Below are positions 9,174 to 18,925 of a stretch of 64,000 nt of DNA, in pieces (the first letter of the stretch is position 1; each line of letters opens with the position of its first letter). A program made the translations under genes and the position numbers. The stretch is from an uncultured archaeon (lineage in GTDB: Archaea; Asgardarchaeota; Lokiarchaeia; Sigyniarchaeales; SOKP01). The stretch spans positions 1 through 64,000 of the forward strand of contig CAZOYD010000004.1 of assembly GCA_964583985.1 (NCBI GenBank), given 5' to 3'. The notes below the pieces were generated by a model that was given only the letters and a program-made list of their open reading frames with translations, did not search any database and had not been told where the DNA came from.

Positions 9174-9756
9174 TTTTTTTTTCCTTCTTAAAATATAGTT
9201 CAATGTCTGTCCAATTTCCGACTCTAATCACGTTTTGCGTCTCATTAATTTCTTGATTCCAGGGTTGATCGTATAGCAATAAAAATTTATCTTTTTGCTT
9301 ATTAATAGCTTCTGCTAGTTTAGGGTTGTCATCAATAAAAATTTCAAAATCTTGATCTATTTTTAGGTCATAAGGTTTATGAAAGAGAAGAACAAGTTCA
9401 TTGTAATGCGAACCCTGCATTATTCCATGAAATCGTAATTTCTCTAAAATAGCATCCCGATATTGAGGAGTTCGTGCTGATACTATAGATACGTCATATG
9501 TTGAATTCAAACTCTTTAATATTTCTGGGGCTTTATTATCTTGGAGAGGCGTACTCATTGAGTCAGCATAGATTTGAAAAAAAATGTCCCATATATCTTC
9601 CTCTGGAATGTTCCAATCAAGAAAAAACTCCCAACTGGTAACATCACTTTTTTGATAGGATGTTCCATGTTTTTTATTGAAGAGTTCACAAAAAGTAATT
9701 ACTGTATCGAGTAAAACACCATCAATATCGCAAGCTACTTTCATAGTATTGTTCAA
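9151..9756 (-). CDS. 5'(3')-deoxyribonucleotidase-like HAD hydrolase
   Basis: CDIDGVL, IVSAR, FIDDNP, YDQPWN. Confidence 0.88.
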   Translation of the reverse strand: MNNTMKVACDIDGVLLDTVITFCELFNKKHGTSYQKSDVTSWEFFLDWNIPEEDIWDIFFQIYADSMSTPLQDNKAPEILKSLNSTYDVSIVSARTPQYRDAILEKLRFHGIMQGSHYNELVLLFHKPYDLKIDQDFEIFIDDNPKLAEAINKQKDKFLLLYDQPWNQEINETQNVIRVGNWTDIELYFKKEKKNEDNNES

Positions 9757-9928
9757 ATCATCAATAATTATAAAATTTGTGTTATTTACATTCTTTTAAA
9801 AGCTTTAATGTGTATCAAATGTTTAAAACAATAAAATAAGAAATAGGATCACTTCAACATGCTACTTTTTTGAATTGGGATAGATTACAGTAATTGATTA
9901 TTATAATTTTAGAAGAAGAGGTGGTTAG

Positions 9929-10279
9929 ATGAGTGAAAAATTTGCTTTATTTGCATTTAATGGCGATCCAATGTGTTTTATTCACGTGATTCTCAATGCT
10001 CTAGACCTCAATAAAAAAGGATATGACGTCAAGGTTATTGTAGAGGGCTCTGCGACTAAACTGGCAGAAGAATTCGAAAATGAAAAGAATCCCTTCTTTA
10101 AACAATATCAAGATTTGAAAAACGCTGGTTTAATTGATTGTTTTTGTAAAGCATGTAGTAATAAAATGGAATCATTAAAAGAAGTAGAGAAATTAGGATT
10201 TAAGACTTGCGATGAATTGATGGGACATCCAAGCATGGAAAAATATATCGCGCTGGGGTACACCATAATTACATTCTAA
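9929..10279 (+). CDS. DsrE-family small protein
   Basis: FAFNGDPMCFIHVILNALD, VEGSA, CKACS, GYTIITF; GAGGTGG RBS. Confidence 0.8.
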   Translation: MSEKFALFAFNGDPMCFIHVILNALDLNKKGYDVKVIVEGSATKLAEEFENEKNPFFKQYQDLKNAGLIDCFCKACSNKMESLKEVEKLGFKTCDELMGHPSMEKYIALGYTIITF

Positions 10280-10293
10280 TTTGATATTTTATT

Positions 10294-10677
10294 TCATTCC
10301 TTTTTCTTGATAATTACTTGTTCTATACCAATCCATTTCTTCGCTTCTTCTAAACTTGAAACAATTTTCCTTTTGGAAGAAGCTGCTTTTTCGAGAATAT
10401 ATTCAATTTCCTTACTTAAAGGAGGATTTTGTGTTATCATAAACGCGGAACGGTAAAGTTTATTGTTATTTCTTTTGAGTAGTTCCAATATTATCTCTAA
10501 AGAGTCTAAACTCAAGAATATTGCATCTGTGATATCAATTATGACACTCAAATCATCTTTTAAATTTTTTATTATTTCATTAAATTCATTAACGAATCTT
10601 TTAGCAACTGGAGGTGGAAAAGTACCTATTGCTTTAATATAAAACTTATTTTCTTGTAGTTTTTCAATTTGATACAT
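10294..10677 (-). CDS. STAS/SEC14 (SpoIIAA-like) domain protein
   Basis: Beta-alpha pattern with VIIDITDA and C-terminal SLEEAKKWI. Confidence 0.6.
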   Translation of the reverse strand: MYQIEKLQENKFYIKAIGTFPPPVAKRFVNEFNEIIKNLKDDLSVIIDITDAIFLSLDSLEIILELLKRNNNKLYRSAFMITQNPPLSKEIEYILEKAASSKRKIVSSLEEAKKWIGIEQVIIKKKE

Positions 10678-10795
10678 GAGAACTAATCCTTACTAAGCTA
10701 TAACCAGATATTAAATATTAGTATTTGATTTTATAAATTTTTATTAGTAACTTTTTACTATAAAAAATAATTTTTAGCTAATGTGATGTATAAAT

Positions 10796-12730
10796 ATGAA
10801 TATACCCGATTATCAAATAAAACAAATCCCATTTTATTCAATAGTACTTACCGATAAATTTTGGAAAAATCGACTTGAAACTAATACCACAGTTACAATT
10901 CCTCACGTATTAAGACGATGTGAGAAATCTAAACGGATCGCAAATTTTGAGATAGCTGGATCCCTCACCACAGAAAAACGATCCTCAAAATTACCATTTG
11001 ATGATTCGGATGTATTTAAAATTTTAGAGGGCGTAGCTTATACGTTGAAATTGACACCTAATGCTGAATTAGAGAAGTATGCTGATGGAATCATTGATAA
11101 AATTGCTGCCGCACAAGAAGATGATGGTTATATTTACACTCACCGGACAATTAATCCTGAGAATCCCCCTTTAATGTCTGGAAAAGAAAGGTGGGAGAAT
11201 TTAACTATTTACAGTCATGAACTTTATAACGTAGGTCACCTATATGAAGCTGCGGTTGCATATTATGAAGCGACTGGAAAACAGATACTCTTAAATATAG
11301 CAATTAGTAATGCTGAATTGGTCCTAAAAACATTTGGTTTTGGGAAAAAGGAAAGCCCTCCAGGACATCAAGAAATAGAAATCGGTTTAGTACGGCTATT
11401 CAGGTCAACAAATGATCAAAAATATCTTGATTTAGCAAAGTTTTTTCTAGATATCCGTGGTTCCAAGAATAGAATTGGATATGAAGATTATGTATTCAAA
11501 AGTGTTGATGCTTTTCCATTTAAAGGACCTAATCGATTTAAATATAATCAAACACATGAACCAGTAATAAATCAAAAAAAAGCCGTAGGTCACGCCGTGA
11601 GAGCCGCATACATGTATTCAGCAATGGCAGATATTGCCATGCTGTTCAATAATGAAAATTATCTTATTGCATTGAATCATTTGTGGGAAGATGTAATCCA
11701 ACATAAACTATCCATAACTGGTGGAATAGGCGCTCAAGCTAGAGGAGAAGCTTTTGATGATGCATACGTATTACCAAATTATTACGATAGTTATAACGAA
11801 ACGGGAGTCTATAACGAAACGTGCGCTTCGATTGCGAACATCTTTTGGAATTACCGAATGCATCTAATGCACGGCAACTCCAAATACATTGATATCCTAG
11901 AAAGAACATTGTATAATGGATTGTTATCGGGGATTTCTTTGGAGGGAAATACCTTTTTCTATCCAAATCCCTTAGCTTCAAAAGGAGATATTTATAGGAG
12001 AAAGTGGTTTGATGTTGCTTGTTGTCCGTCTAATATCGTGCGTTTTATCCCCCAAATACAAGGTTATATTTATTCTTTTAAAGATTGCAAGATTTTTGTT
12101 AACTTATTTATTGGAAGTATTCTGAAGATTGCTTTAATGGGCGTAAATCTGGAAATCCAGCAAAAAACGAATTATCCATTGGATGGATTGGTAGAAATTG
12201 ACGTGAATCCTTCTAAAAGCATGGAATTTTCTATTGCTTTACGAATTCCTGGTTGGGCTCAAAACAAACCTGTCCCAAGCGACTTATATCATTATATAAC
12301 CCCAAATGAAGATAAAATACGAATAGAAGTGAACAATGAATTAGTGGATTTGGTCATTAATGATGGATATTGCATCATTAATCAAACATGGAAAGAAGGA
12401 GATCAAATTCTAATTGAAATTCCAATGCCAGTACGTCGTGTATTAGCACATGAAAAGGTAAAAGAGTGTAACGGAATGGTAGCTTTAGAACGAGGTCCAA
12501 TTGTATATTGCATTGAATCAATCGATAATTTTAATGTGGAGAAATTAAAATTACATGATAAAACTCCTTTAAATCACGTATTTCAAGAAGACCTTTTAAA
12601 TGGGATAGTGTCAATAACAGGGAACGTTCAAAATCTCGAAACAGATGAAGAACAAGACTTCTTAGCAATCCCATATTATGCGTGGGCTCATAGGGGAAGA
12701 AGTGAAATGAGGGTATGGTTGAATCATTAA
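10796..12730 (+). CDS. Glycoside hydrolase family 127 (beta-L-arabinofuranosidase-like)
   Basis: FDDSDVFKILEG, HELYNVGHLYEAAVA, GHQEIE, GHAVRAAY, ETCAS, ACCPSN, ERGPIVYC, IPYYAWAHRG. Confidence 0.93.
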   Translation: MNIPDYQIKQIPFYSIVLTDKFWKNRLETNTTVTIPHVLRRCEKSKRIANFEIAGSLTTEKRSSKLPFDDSDVFKILEGVAYTLKLTPNAELEKYADGIIDKIAAAQEDDGYIYTHRTINPENPPLMSGKERWENLTIYSHELYNVGHLYEAAVAYYEATGKQILLNIAISNAELVLKTFGFGKKESPPGHQEIEIGLVRLFRSTNDQKYLDLAKFFLDIRGSKNRIGYEDYVFKSVDAFPFKGPNRFKYNQTHEPVINQKKAVGHAVRAAYMYSAMADIAMLFNNENYLIALNHLWEDVIQHKLSITGGIGAQARGEAFDDAYVLPNYYDSYNETGVYNETCASIANIFWNYRMHLMHGNSKYIDILERTLYNGLLSGISLEGNTFFYPNPLASKGDIYRRKWFDVACCPSNIVRFIPQIQGYIYSFKDCKIFVNLFIGSILKIALMGVNLEIQQKTNYPLDGLVEIDVNPSKSMEFSIALRIPGWAQNKPVPSDLYHYITPNEDKIRIEVNNELVDLVINDGYCIINQTWKEGDQILIEIPMPVRRVLAHEKVKECNGMVALERGPIVYCIESIDNFNVEKLKLHDKTPLNHVFQEDLLNGIVSITGNVQNLETDEEQDFLAIPYYAWAHRGRSEMRVWLNH

Positions 12731-12847
12731 AGATTAAATTGAACATTTTTCAAATTATTAATATTATTCATAAACAATCTCCTAATCCTATAGGTCAAAT
12801 ATCATAAAAAATGATCTTTTTTTTATTTATATTGAAAAATACAAACA

Positions 12848-12891
12848 TTTATAAGTTAATTCTATTATTATTTAATGGGAGCTAATTCCCA
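12848..12891 (+). promoter_or_regulatory. TATA box plus 5' hairpin of an unannotated transcript
   Basis: TTTATAAG at 12848 with A-rich upstream sequence; TGGGA-GCTAAT-TCCCA hairpin at 12876-12891. Confidence 0.4.
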
Positions 12892-12929
12892 CAAAAATAA
12901 GGATTATCCAAATCGAAAAAAAAGGTGAT

Positions 12930-13019
12930 ATGAAAAAAAGAAGTAATCTGGCAGTAATGCTAAATTATGGACTCTTAGTTCTTCCTACTATCAATCTCTT
13001 TTTCTTTTTTCTCGTTTAA
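12930..13019 (+). CDS. Candidate 29-aa hydrophobic micropeptide MKKRSNLAVMLNYGLLVLPTINLFFFFLV
   Basis: Translated by hand; AAGGTGA immediately upstream; basic N-terminus and hydrophobic body; below the ORF-track cutoff. Confidence 0.3.
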   Translation: MKKRSNLAVMLNYGLLVLPTINLFFFFLV

Positions 13020-13053
13020 TTGTTCTAAATGTTCAATTTTTAGCCTTATAATT

Positions 13054-13974
13054 CTATAAGTCTTGTCTAATTTTTCTTTTGCTTTTCGATTTTCGACCAA
13101 TAGATACAAGAATTATTGTAATAACCACCAAACTAAATAAAACGAATACTATATTAAAAATAGAGATATCCACTAACCATTTAGATACATTTAGCATTAA
13201 ATCCCATTCAGAATCAGGGTCATTCAAAGTATCAAAACTGGATACTCCATCTCTATCATCTCCTTCTTCAAATTCTGGGTGAGGACTAGATAAAAACACG
13301 GTGCCGAGCCCTTTTTGAAATGCAATCATTCCCGGTCTATTATTTTGTGGGTAAAAAGCGATAGGAATTACCCAATCATTATAATCGTCAAAATATGAAG
13401 ATCCCCAGTACAATGTTGTGTACATTTCAGGTTCTTTGGATAGATTAGGACCTCGAGAATTTTGATTGATGGTCATATTAATCAATTCGGCTCCAGTACC
13501 CATTCCTGGAACGGGATAATACAAATTTCCGTCATAAAGGTTTAGGTAGCTACTAACACCAAAAATAGCACCACCACAAATTCCAAAGTATGTACCCCCA
13601 AAATTGACAAAACTTCTAATACTTGCCATTCCATTCTCTCCAAGCTCTAAAGCATAACTATCGGGGCTCCCTCCAGGCATCACTAGCATTTTATACCAGA
13701 ATAATCCTCCGTTTTGTATTTCAGTCGGTTCAATGTAGTCAACTGAAGCTCCCATCCATCTGAACATGTGAGCTAAAGCAACATAACTATTTGCTGCACT
13801 TAATACAGCGTTTCCATGATATATAGCTACTCTAATCCCAAACAAGGTAGGGTATTTTTCAGAATTGATCTTTTCGTTTATTAAGACTATACTTGTAGGA
13901 ATCGTGCTAATGGTTATTATCAATATAATGAGCCCCAATCTTTTTTGATCTTTTCGTGAATTCAAATTCTTCAC
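13054..13974 (-). CDS. BPL-N / class I glutamine-amidotransferase-like protein with N- and C-terminal TM helices
   Basis: LVMPGG, GGTYFGICGGA (Cys nucleophile), LSSPHPE; hydrophobic helices at both ends. Confidence 0.8.
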   Translation of the reverse strand: MKNLNSRKDQKRLGLIILIITISTIPTSIVLINEKINSEKYPTLFGIRVAIYHGNAVLSAANSYVALAHMFRWMGASVDYIEPTEIQNGGLFWYKMLVMPGGSPDSYALELGENGMASIRSFVNFGGTYFGICGGAIFGVSSYLNLYDGNLYYPVPGMGTGAELINMTINQNSRGPNLSKEPEMYTTLYWGSSYFDDYNDWVIPIAFYPQNNRPGMIAFQKGLGTVFLSSPHPEFEEGDDRDGVSSFDTLNDPDSEWDLMLNVSKWLVDISIFNIVFVLFSLVVITIILVSIGRKSKSKRKIRQDL

Positions 13975-14123
13975 TTTTTATCATCTAATTTTATTTAATT
14001 CGATTATTAATCCAACTTGATTTATTAAATTTTCATACAATGTCTTGGTAAACAAAATGGAATAAAATTTACAATGGTTAGTCTTAATACTTAAATAGCG
14101 TGGTCCATTTAAAATTATGAGAG

Positions 14124-14909
14124 ATGAACCCATTATTTAAGAATATCGAAGGAATTCTATGTGACATTGATGGTACGCTCTACTTTAAAGGTGAACCCAT
14201 AAGGGGTGCAATTGATACGGTATCTCATCTTAAAGAAATGGGAATAAAAATCCTTTTTTTTACAAATACAGATAGTAAATCACCGCATAAGATATATAAT
14301 ATCCTAAAGGAATTTGGATTCCGAATTCAAGAAGACGAGATCTTTAGTCCAATTATCGCTCTAAAAGAGTTTTTAAAAAAACATCCAGGCAAAAAAATAT
14401 TTTTAGTAACCACTCAAGAAGTAGCACGAGAATTTCAAGAATATGAGGTAATTGAAGATAATTCACTATCTGATTTTGTCATCATTGGTGACTTTAAAGA
14501 TGATTGGAACGTTAATCGCTTGAATCGCGCATTTCAGCAGGTATTACAAGGTGCAACCTTATTGGGAACTCAAGGTAATGTATTTTATTTGGATCGTGAA
14601 GGAAAACCTGTAATTGATACGGGGTCTTTCGTGGAAATGATCGCGCGTGCTACAAAAACCAAGGCTCAGATTTTTGGAAAACCCTCTAAAGAGTTTTTTG
14701 AACAAGCGATAGAATTAATGAAAGTTCCACGTGATAAGATTATTGTTATTGGCGACGATTACGAATCCGATATTATCGGTGCCTTTAACTTAGGATTGAA
14801 GACTATATTAGTGAAAACTGGAAAAGGAATGTATTTTAATATTAGTGAAACAAAAAAAATGCCTGATTTGATAATTCCTTCTTTTAGTTTTTTGAAAGAA
14901 TATCTGTAA
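14124..14909 (+). CDS. HAD-IIA hydrolase (LHPP/NagD-like)
   Basis: CDIDGTL, FTN, FGKPS, IGDDYESDIIGA, LVKTGK. Confidence 0.92.
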   Translation: MNPLFKNIEGILCDIDGTLYFKGEPIRGAIDTVSHLKEMGIKILFFTNTDSKSPHKIYNILKEFGFRIQEDEIFSPIIALKEFLKKHPGKKIFLVTTQEVAREFQEYEVIEDNSLSDFVIIGDFKDDWNVNRLNRAFQQVLQGATLLGTQGNVFYLDREGKPVIDTGSFVEMIARATKTKAQIFGKPSKEFFEQAIELMKVPRDKIIVIGDDYESDIIGAFNLGLKTILVKTGKGMYFNISETKKMPDLIIPSFSFLKEYL

Positions 14910-14945
14910 TTTTTAGTATTACTCTAAACAAAAAATAGAATTTTC

Positions 14946-15155
14946 TCAAGCGTGAGAATTTAACCCTTCTTGAGCATTATTATCATTATTTTTTATACTC
15001 TGATATTCGTCTTTTATTTCGTCAAGATTGACCGTTATGAGAGTATGTTGATGATGTTTTTTTTCGAAAGTATTAATCTTAGCTTGATTCAAGGGATTAT
15101 TGGGATGAATAACTATATATTCCTTACATCTAATACATGCTCGTGCTCGAATCAA
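14946..15155 (-). CDS. Small putative zinc-binding protein (CxxC...HxxH)
   Basis: CIRC...HHQH; TTG start preceded by AAGGTGA; fills the intergenic gap. Confidence 0.7.
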   Translation of the reverse strand: MIRARACIRCKEYIVIHPNNPLNQAKINTFEKKHHQHTLITVNLDEIKDEYQSIKNNDNNAQEGLNSHA

Positions 15156-15288
15156 TCTTCACCTTTTATCTATGTGGTACTATTATATTAAAGGATACAA
15201 CCTTTATGAAAATAACTATTTTATTGTATAAATGTTCGTATTAGGTTCACAAACATGAAGTAAATAAAATGTATTTCTTTAAAGTGAA

Positions 15289-17538
15289 TTATTTATCCAT
15301 TAAGTTTGGAATAGTAGAATCATAGAGCTGTTTCATCTTTTTCAAATTTAAAGTGAAATTAGTCGTTTTTAATCCTTTCAAATGAATTAGAGGTTCCATC
15401 TGTGTTGTTCCAATTCTTTTTACTGAGATTTTAAATTTGCGACTTAAATCCATGATAGTATCATAATCTAATTTAGATGTTTCTATGACGAATCTTCCAG
15501 TAGATTCACTGAAAAGGAGCTCATCATCCTTTAAACCTTCTTCTTTAAACGAGCTTAGATCTAAATTGGCTCCGATATTATTTTTAAAGCACATTTCAGC
15601 AATCGTGATAATAAATCCTCCCTTATTCACATCATGGTTAGATTTGACAAGATTCTTTTCATAAAGTTCGAAAAGGAAGTCCCAAATCAATTTAATCTTT
15701 TTTTCATTTACTTTTGGTGGAGTTCCTCCTTCCATATCATAAATTATGGAATGATATTCCGAACCTCCTAACTCCGCTTGAGTATCGCCAATTAATAAAA
15801 CATCGTTACCCACATCCTTGAAAGGAAGGGTTATAATATTTTCTTCCCCTTCTATTATGCCCACGATCATTATTACGGGTGTTGGTTTGATTACAGTTTT
15901 AGCGACTTCATCCTCGTTATAAAATGAGACATTTCCACCAACAATTGGGATTCTCATTTCACGACAGAAATCTGCCATCCCTTTTACTGATTCTGAAAAA
16001 TACCAAAATGATTCAGGAATTTCTGGATTTCCAAAATTACAACAATTGACCATTGCTTTTGGTTTTGCTCCATTTGCAATTACATTTCCACAAATCTCAA
16101 CTATTCCCCCTTTAGAACCATTATATGGGTCAAGGAAACAGTGTTTGGAGTTTGTACCGACACTTGAAGAAATAAATTTATTTGTTCCAATTACTCGGAG
16201 TACTCCCGAATCACCTTCTCCACATTTTAAGACTGAACGTACTCCTACCTCATGATCGTATTGTCTATAAATCCATTCTTTGCTGCAAATATTTTCAGAC
16301 GCAATCAATTCATATATAATATCATCCAATTTTCTTAAAGCTTTAGGTGTCTTTTGAGAAAGTAAATCATCAAGAAAATCGGGTCGTTTTTCTTTACGTG
16401 GAATCGTAGGAGGATCCGAGAGAGCATTAGCTGGTAGATTTACCACAAGATTATTCCCATCATAAACTTTAAGAATCTTAGTATCATCAGTTCTCCCTAT
16501 TACTGCATGTGCCATCTCAAATTTCCTAAACACATTCAATACTTCCTCTAACCCTTCTGGTTTCACGATGAATGCCATTCTTTCTTGTGATTCCGAGAGC
16601 ATTACTTCAAATGAATTCATCCCAGGTTCTCGAATAAAAATCTTTCCCATATCCACGCTTGCTCCAGTGCCTCCATCTCCAGTTAATTCACTAAGCGCGC
16701 AAGATAATCCTCCTCCACCTAAATCTTTTAAACCTCTTACATGACCCGTTTTGATCGCTTCCAAGGTTGCTTCTATAATCAATTTTTTAGTAAAAGGATC
16801 TCCAATCTGAACTGCTGGTCTATCTGCTTCTGACATTTCTGTTAATGTACGTGAAGCAAAGGTCACCCCATGAATTCCATCTCTACCCGTAGATCCTCCC
16901 ATTAAGATAATATAATCTCTTGGATTATAAGCTCTGCTTGGAGCATGATTAAAATCCTCAATAGTTCCAAGACCAATGCAAGCTACATTCACCAAGCAAT
17001 TGCTTTCAAAACTTTTATCAAATTCTACTTCACCACCAATTGTTGGAATTCCTGTACAATTTCCATAATCAGCAATTCCTTTCACGACATATTTGAAGAG
17101 CCATTGAGAATGGGGATTGTTTTTTAAAGGACCAAATCTTAGTGGATCTAATAAAGCAATAGGGCGTGCTCCCATGCATAAAATATCTCTAATTATTCCG
17201 CCGATTCCAGTAGCAGCGCCATGATATGGTTCAATTGCGGAAGGATGATTATGAGATTCAATTCTAAATGCTAAAGCATAATTATCCCCAATATCAATGA
17301 CACCCGCATCTTGACCTGGACCTGCTAATACATAATCATAGTTTTTTTCAGCATCTTCAAATAACTTTAACTTTGGACGAGACGATTTATAGGAACAATG
17401 TTCTGAAAGCATTACATCAAACATTCCCCATTCGGTAATAGAAGGATCTCGCTTTAATTCATCCTTAATTTGTTCAATTTCTTTATCAGTTAAACCAACA
17501 TTCAGTTCATTACCATTTGTTTGCACCTTTGGCATCAT
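15289..17538 (-). CDS. purL: Phosphoribosylformylglycinamidine synthase subunit PurL
   Basis: SEHCSYKSS, ESHNHPSAIEPYHGAATG, DLGGGGL, SESQERM, GGNVSFYN. Confidence 0.97.
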   Translation of the reverse strand: MMPKVQTNGNELNVGLTDKEIEQIKDELKRDPSITEWGMFDVMLSEHCSYKSSRPKLKLFEDAEKNYDYVLAGPGQDAGVIDIGDNYALAFRIESHNHPSAIEPYHGAATGIGGIIRDILCMGARPIALLDPLRFGPLKNNPHSQWLFKYVVKGIADYGNCTGIPTIGGEVEFDKSFESNCLVNVACIGLGTIEDFNHAPSRAYNPRDYIILMGGSTGRDGIHGVTFASRTLTEMSEADRPAVQIGDPFTKKLIIEATLEAIKTGHVRGLKDLGGGGLSCALSELTGDGGTGASVDMGKIFIREPGMNSFEVMLSESQERMAFIVKPEGLEEVLNVFRKFEMAHAVIGRTDDTKILKVYDGNNLVVNLPANALSDPPTIPRKEKRPDFLDDLLSQKTPKALRKLDDIIYELIASENICSKEWIYRQYDHEVGVRSVLKCGEGDSGVLRVIGTNKFISSSVGTNSKHCFLDPYNGSKGGIVEICGNVIANGAKPKAMVNCCNFGNPEIPESFWYFSESVKGMADFCREMRIPIVGGNVSFYNEDEVAKTVIKPTPVIMIVGIIEGEENIITLPFKDVGNDVLLIGDTQAELGGSEYHSIIYDMEGGTPPKVNEKKIKLIWDFLFELYEKNLVKSNHDVNKGGFIITIAEMCFKNNIGANLDLSSFKEEGLKDDELLFSESTGRFVIETSKLDYDTIMDLSRKFKISVKRIGTTQMEPLIHLKGLKTTNFTLNLKKMKQLYDSTIPNLMDK

Positions 17539-18245
17539 TTCCGCCTCCTTTTAATAAAATCTATCATTGACTCAAAAATAAGCTTTCCATGGGTGGTTCC
17601 TTTTGGACTTAAAATAGATTCAGATGCACGTTCTGGATGTGGCATTAACCCCAAGCAATTTCCTTCTAAATTGCAAACGCCCGCGATGTTATCCATCGAG
17701 CCATTAGGGTTGGCATCGCTTGCTGCAATTCCTTTTTCATCGATATAACGAAAAACTATCTGATCATTATCCACGAGTTCTTTTAGTTTATCTGTAAAGT
17801 AACGCCCTTCTCCATGAGCAATGGGGATATCAATAATATCACCTATTTTCATTCTATTGGTGAATGCGGTCTTGTTATTTTCGATCCTCAGATTTACCCA
17901 TTTACATATAAATTTCAGTGATTCGTTTCGTAATAACGCTCCAGGAAGAAATTGCGCTTCGGTTAAAATTTGAAAACCGTTACAAATCCCAATAATAGGT
18001 CTCCCGTCTTTTAACATGATCCGTGCTTCATCGATGGCTGGACTGTGAGCTGCAATTATTCCTGCTCTTAAATAATCTCCAAACGAAAAACCCCCGGGTA
18101 ATACTGCACCATCATAATCTTTTTCTTTAAACTGGTTATGCCAAACCAGAGATGCTTCTACATTTAATACGTTATTGAGGACATGAAGCGCGTCTAGATC
18201 ACAGTTTGAGGCAGGAAATTCAATCACTGCTATCTTAATACTCAT
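17535..18245 (-). CDS. purQ: FGAM synthase glutaminase subunit PurQ
   Basis: PGGFSFGDYLRAG, GICNGFQIL, IAHGEG, MPHPER; ATGA overlap with purL. Confidence 0.97.
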   Translation of the reverse strand: MSIKIAVIEFPASNCDLDALHVLNNVLNVEASLVWHNQFKEKDYDGAVLPGGFSFGDYLRAGIIAAHSPAIDEARIMLKDGRPIIGICNGFQILTEAQFLPGALLRNESLKFICKWVNLRIENNKTAFTNRMKIGDIIDIPIAHGEGRYFTDKLKELVDNDQIVFRYIDEKGIAASDANPNGSMDNIAGVCNLEGNCLGLMPHPERASESILSPKGTTHGKLIFESMIDFIKRRRK

Positions 18246-18502
18246 GAGCTCTTCACGTTTAAAATTGTTAAGGTCTGGGTTACCGGGTTAAAAATTCTTA
18301 ACTCATTACACATTTGCTCGACCATATTTTTAGCAATTTCTTCATTTTTCGCTTCAATATTAATTCGTAAATATTGCCCGCTTCTAACATTAGATATCTT
18401 GTCATACCCCTTTTTGGCAAGCAAATCTCGCTTTATAGTTTCTCCAACAGGGTCTCGAGCAGCCTTCTTATTCTCTAAAACGACTTCTACTTCCCATAAC
18501 AT
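18242..18502 (-). CDS. purS: FGAM synthase subunit PurS
   Basis: DPVGETI...VRSG...MCNEL..NPV; ATGA overlap with purQ. Confidence 0.93.
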   Translation of the reverse strand: MLWEVEVVLENKKAARDPVGETIKRDLLAKKGYDKISNVRSGQYLRINIEAKNEEIAKNMVEQMCNELRIFNPVTQTLTILNVKSS

Positions 18503-18672
18503 TTATATATTCACTATTGAGTAAATTTCTTGTTTTCTAATATATATTCGAATAATTTCATTCAAGAAAAGAAAGATATTTATTAATTTTAATAATTCTT
18601 ATTACCTAATAAATAAAAGCTATAGAATTTATATAGAGAAAAATGAACAACCAATTAAGTTTTATAGCGCAA

Positions 18673-18879
18673 TTAAAGATGCACATAGCTAAACCCGACA
18701 ACAACAAGTAGTAATAAAGCAAAAAACGTGAAAAAGAAAGCATAACCACTTAATTTAGGCAATTTTAGAATATTTTTCATATTTTCATTTCTTTTTGATG
18801 AAAATAAATCAATTAAAATGAATATGAAACTTAGCATGAAAATTGAAAATGATGCAAAAGTTAGAATTAAATTCATCAT
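18673..18879 (-). CDS. Small two-TM membrane protein, hypothetical
   Basis: Two hydrophobic helices separated by a basic loop; co-oriented between purC and purS. Confidence 0.5.
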   Translation of the reverse strand: MMNLILTFASFSIFMLSFIFILIDLFSSKRNENMKNILKLPKLSGYAFFFTFFALLLLVVVGFSYVHL

Positions 18880-18925
18880 AATAAAAAAATTACATCGAAA
18901 TCTTTTATAAATCTTATGCTATGTA

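Noticed and set aside
9174-9203. 53-nt overlap between the GNAT ORF and the nucleotidase gene
   Set aside because: Probably an artefact of choosing the farthest start; ATG at 9173 or 9161 gives a normal GNAT
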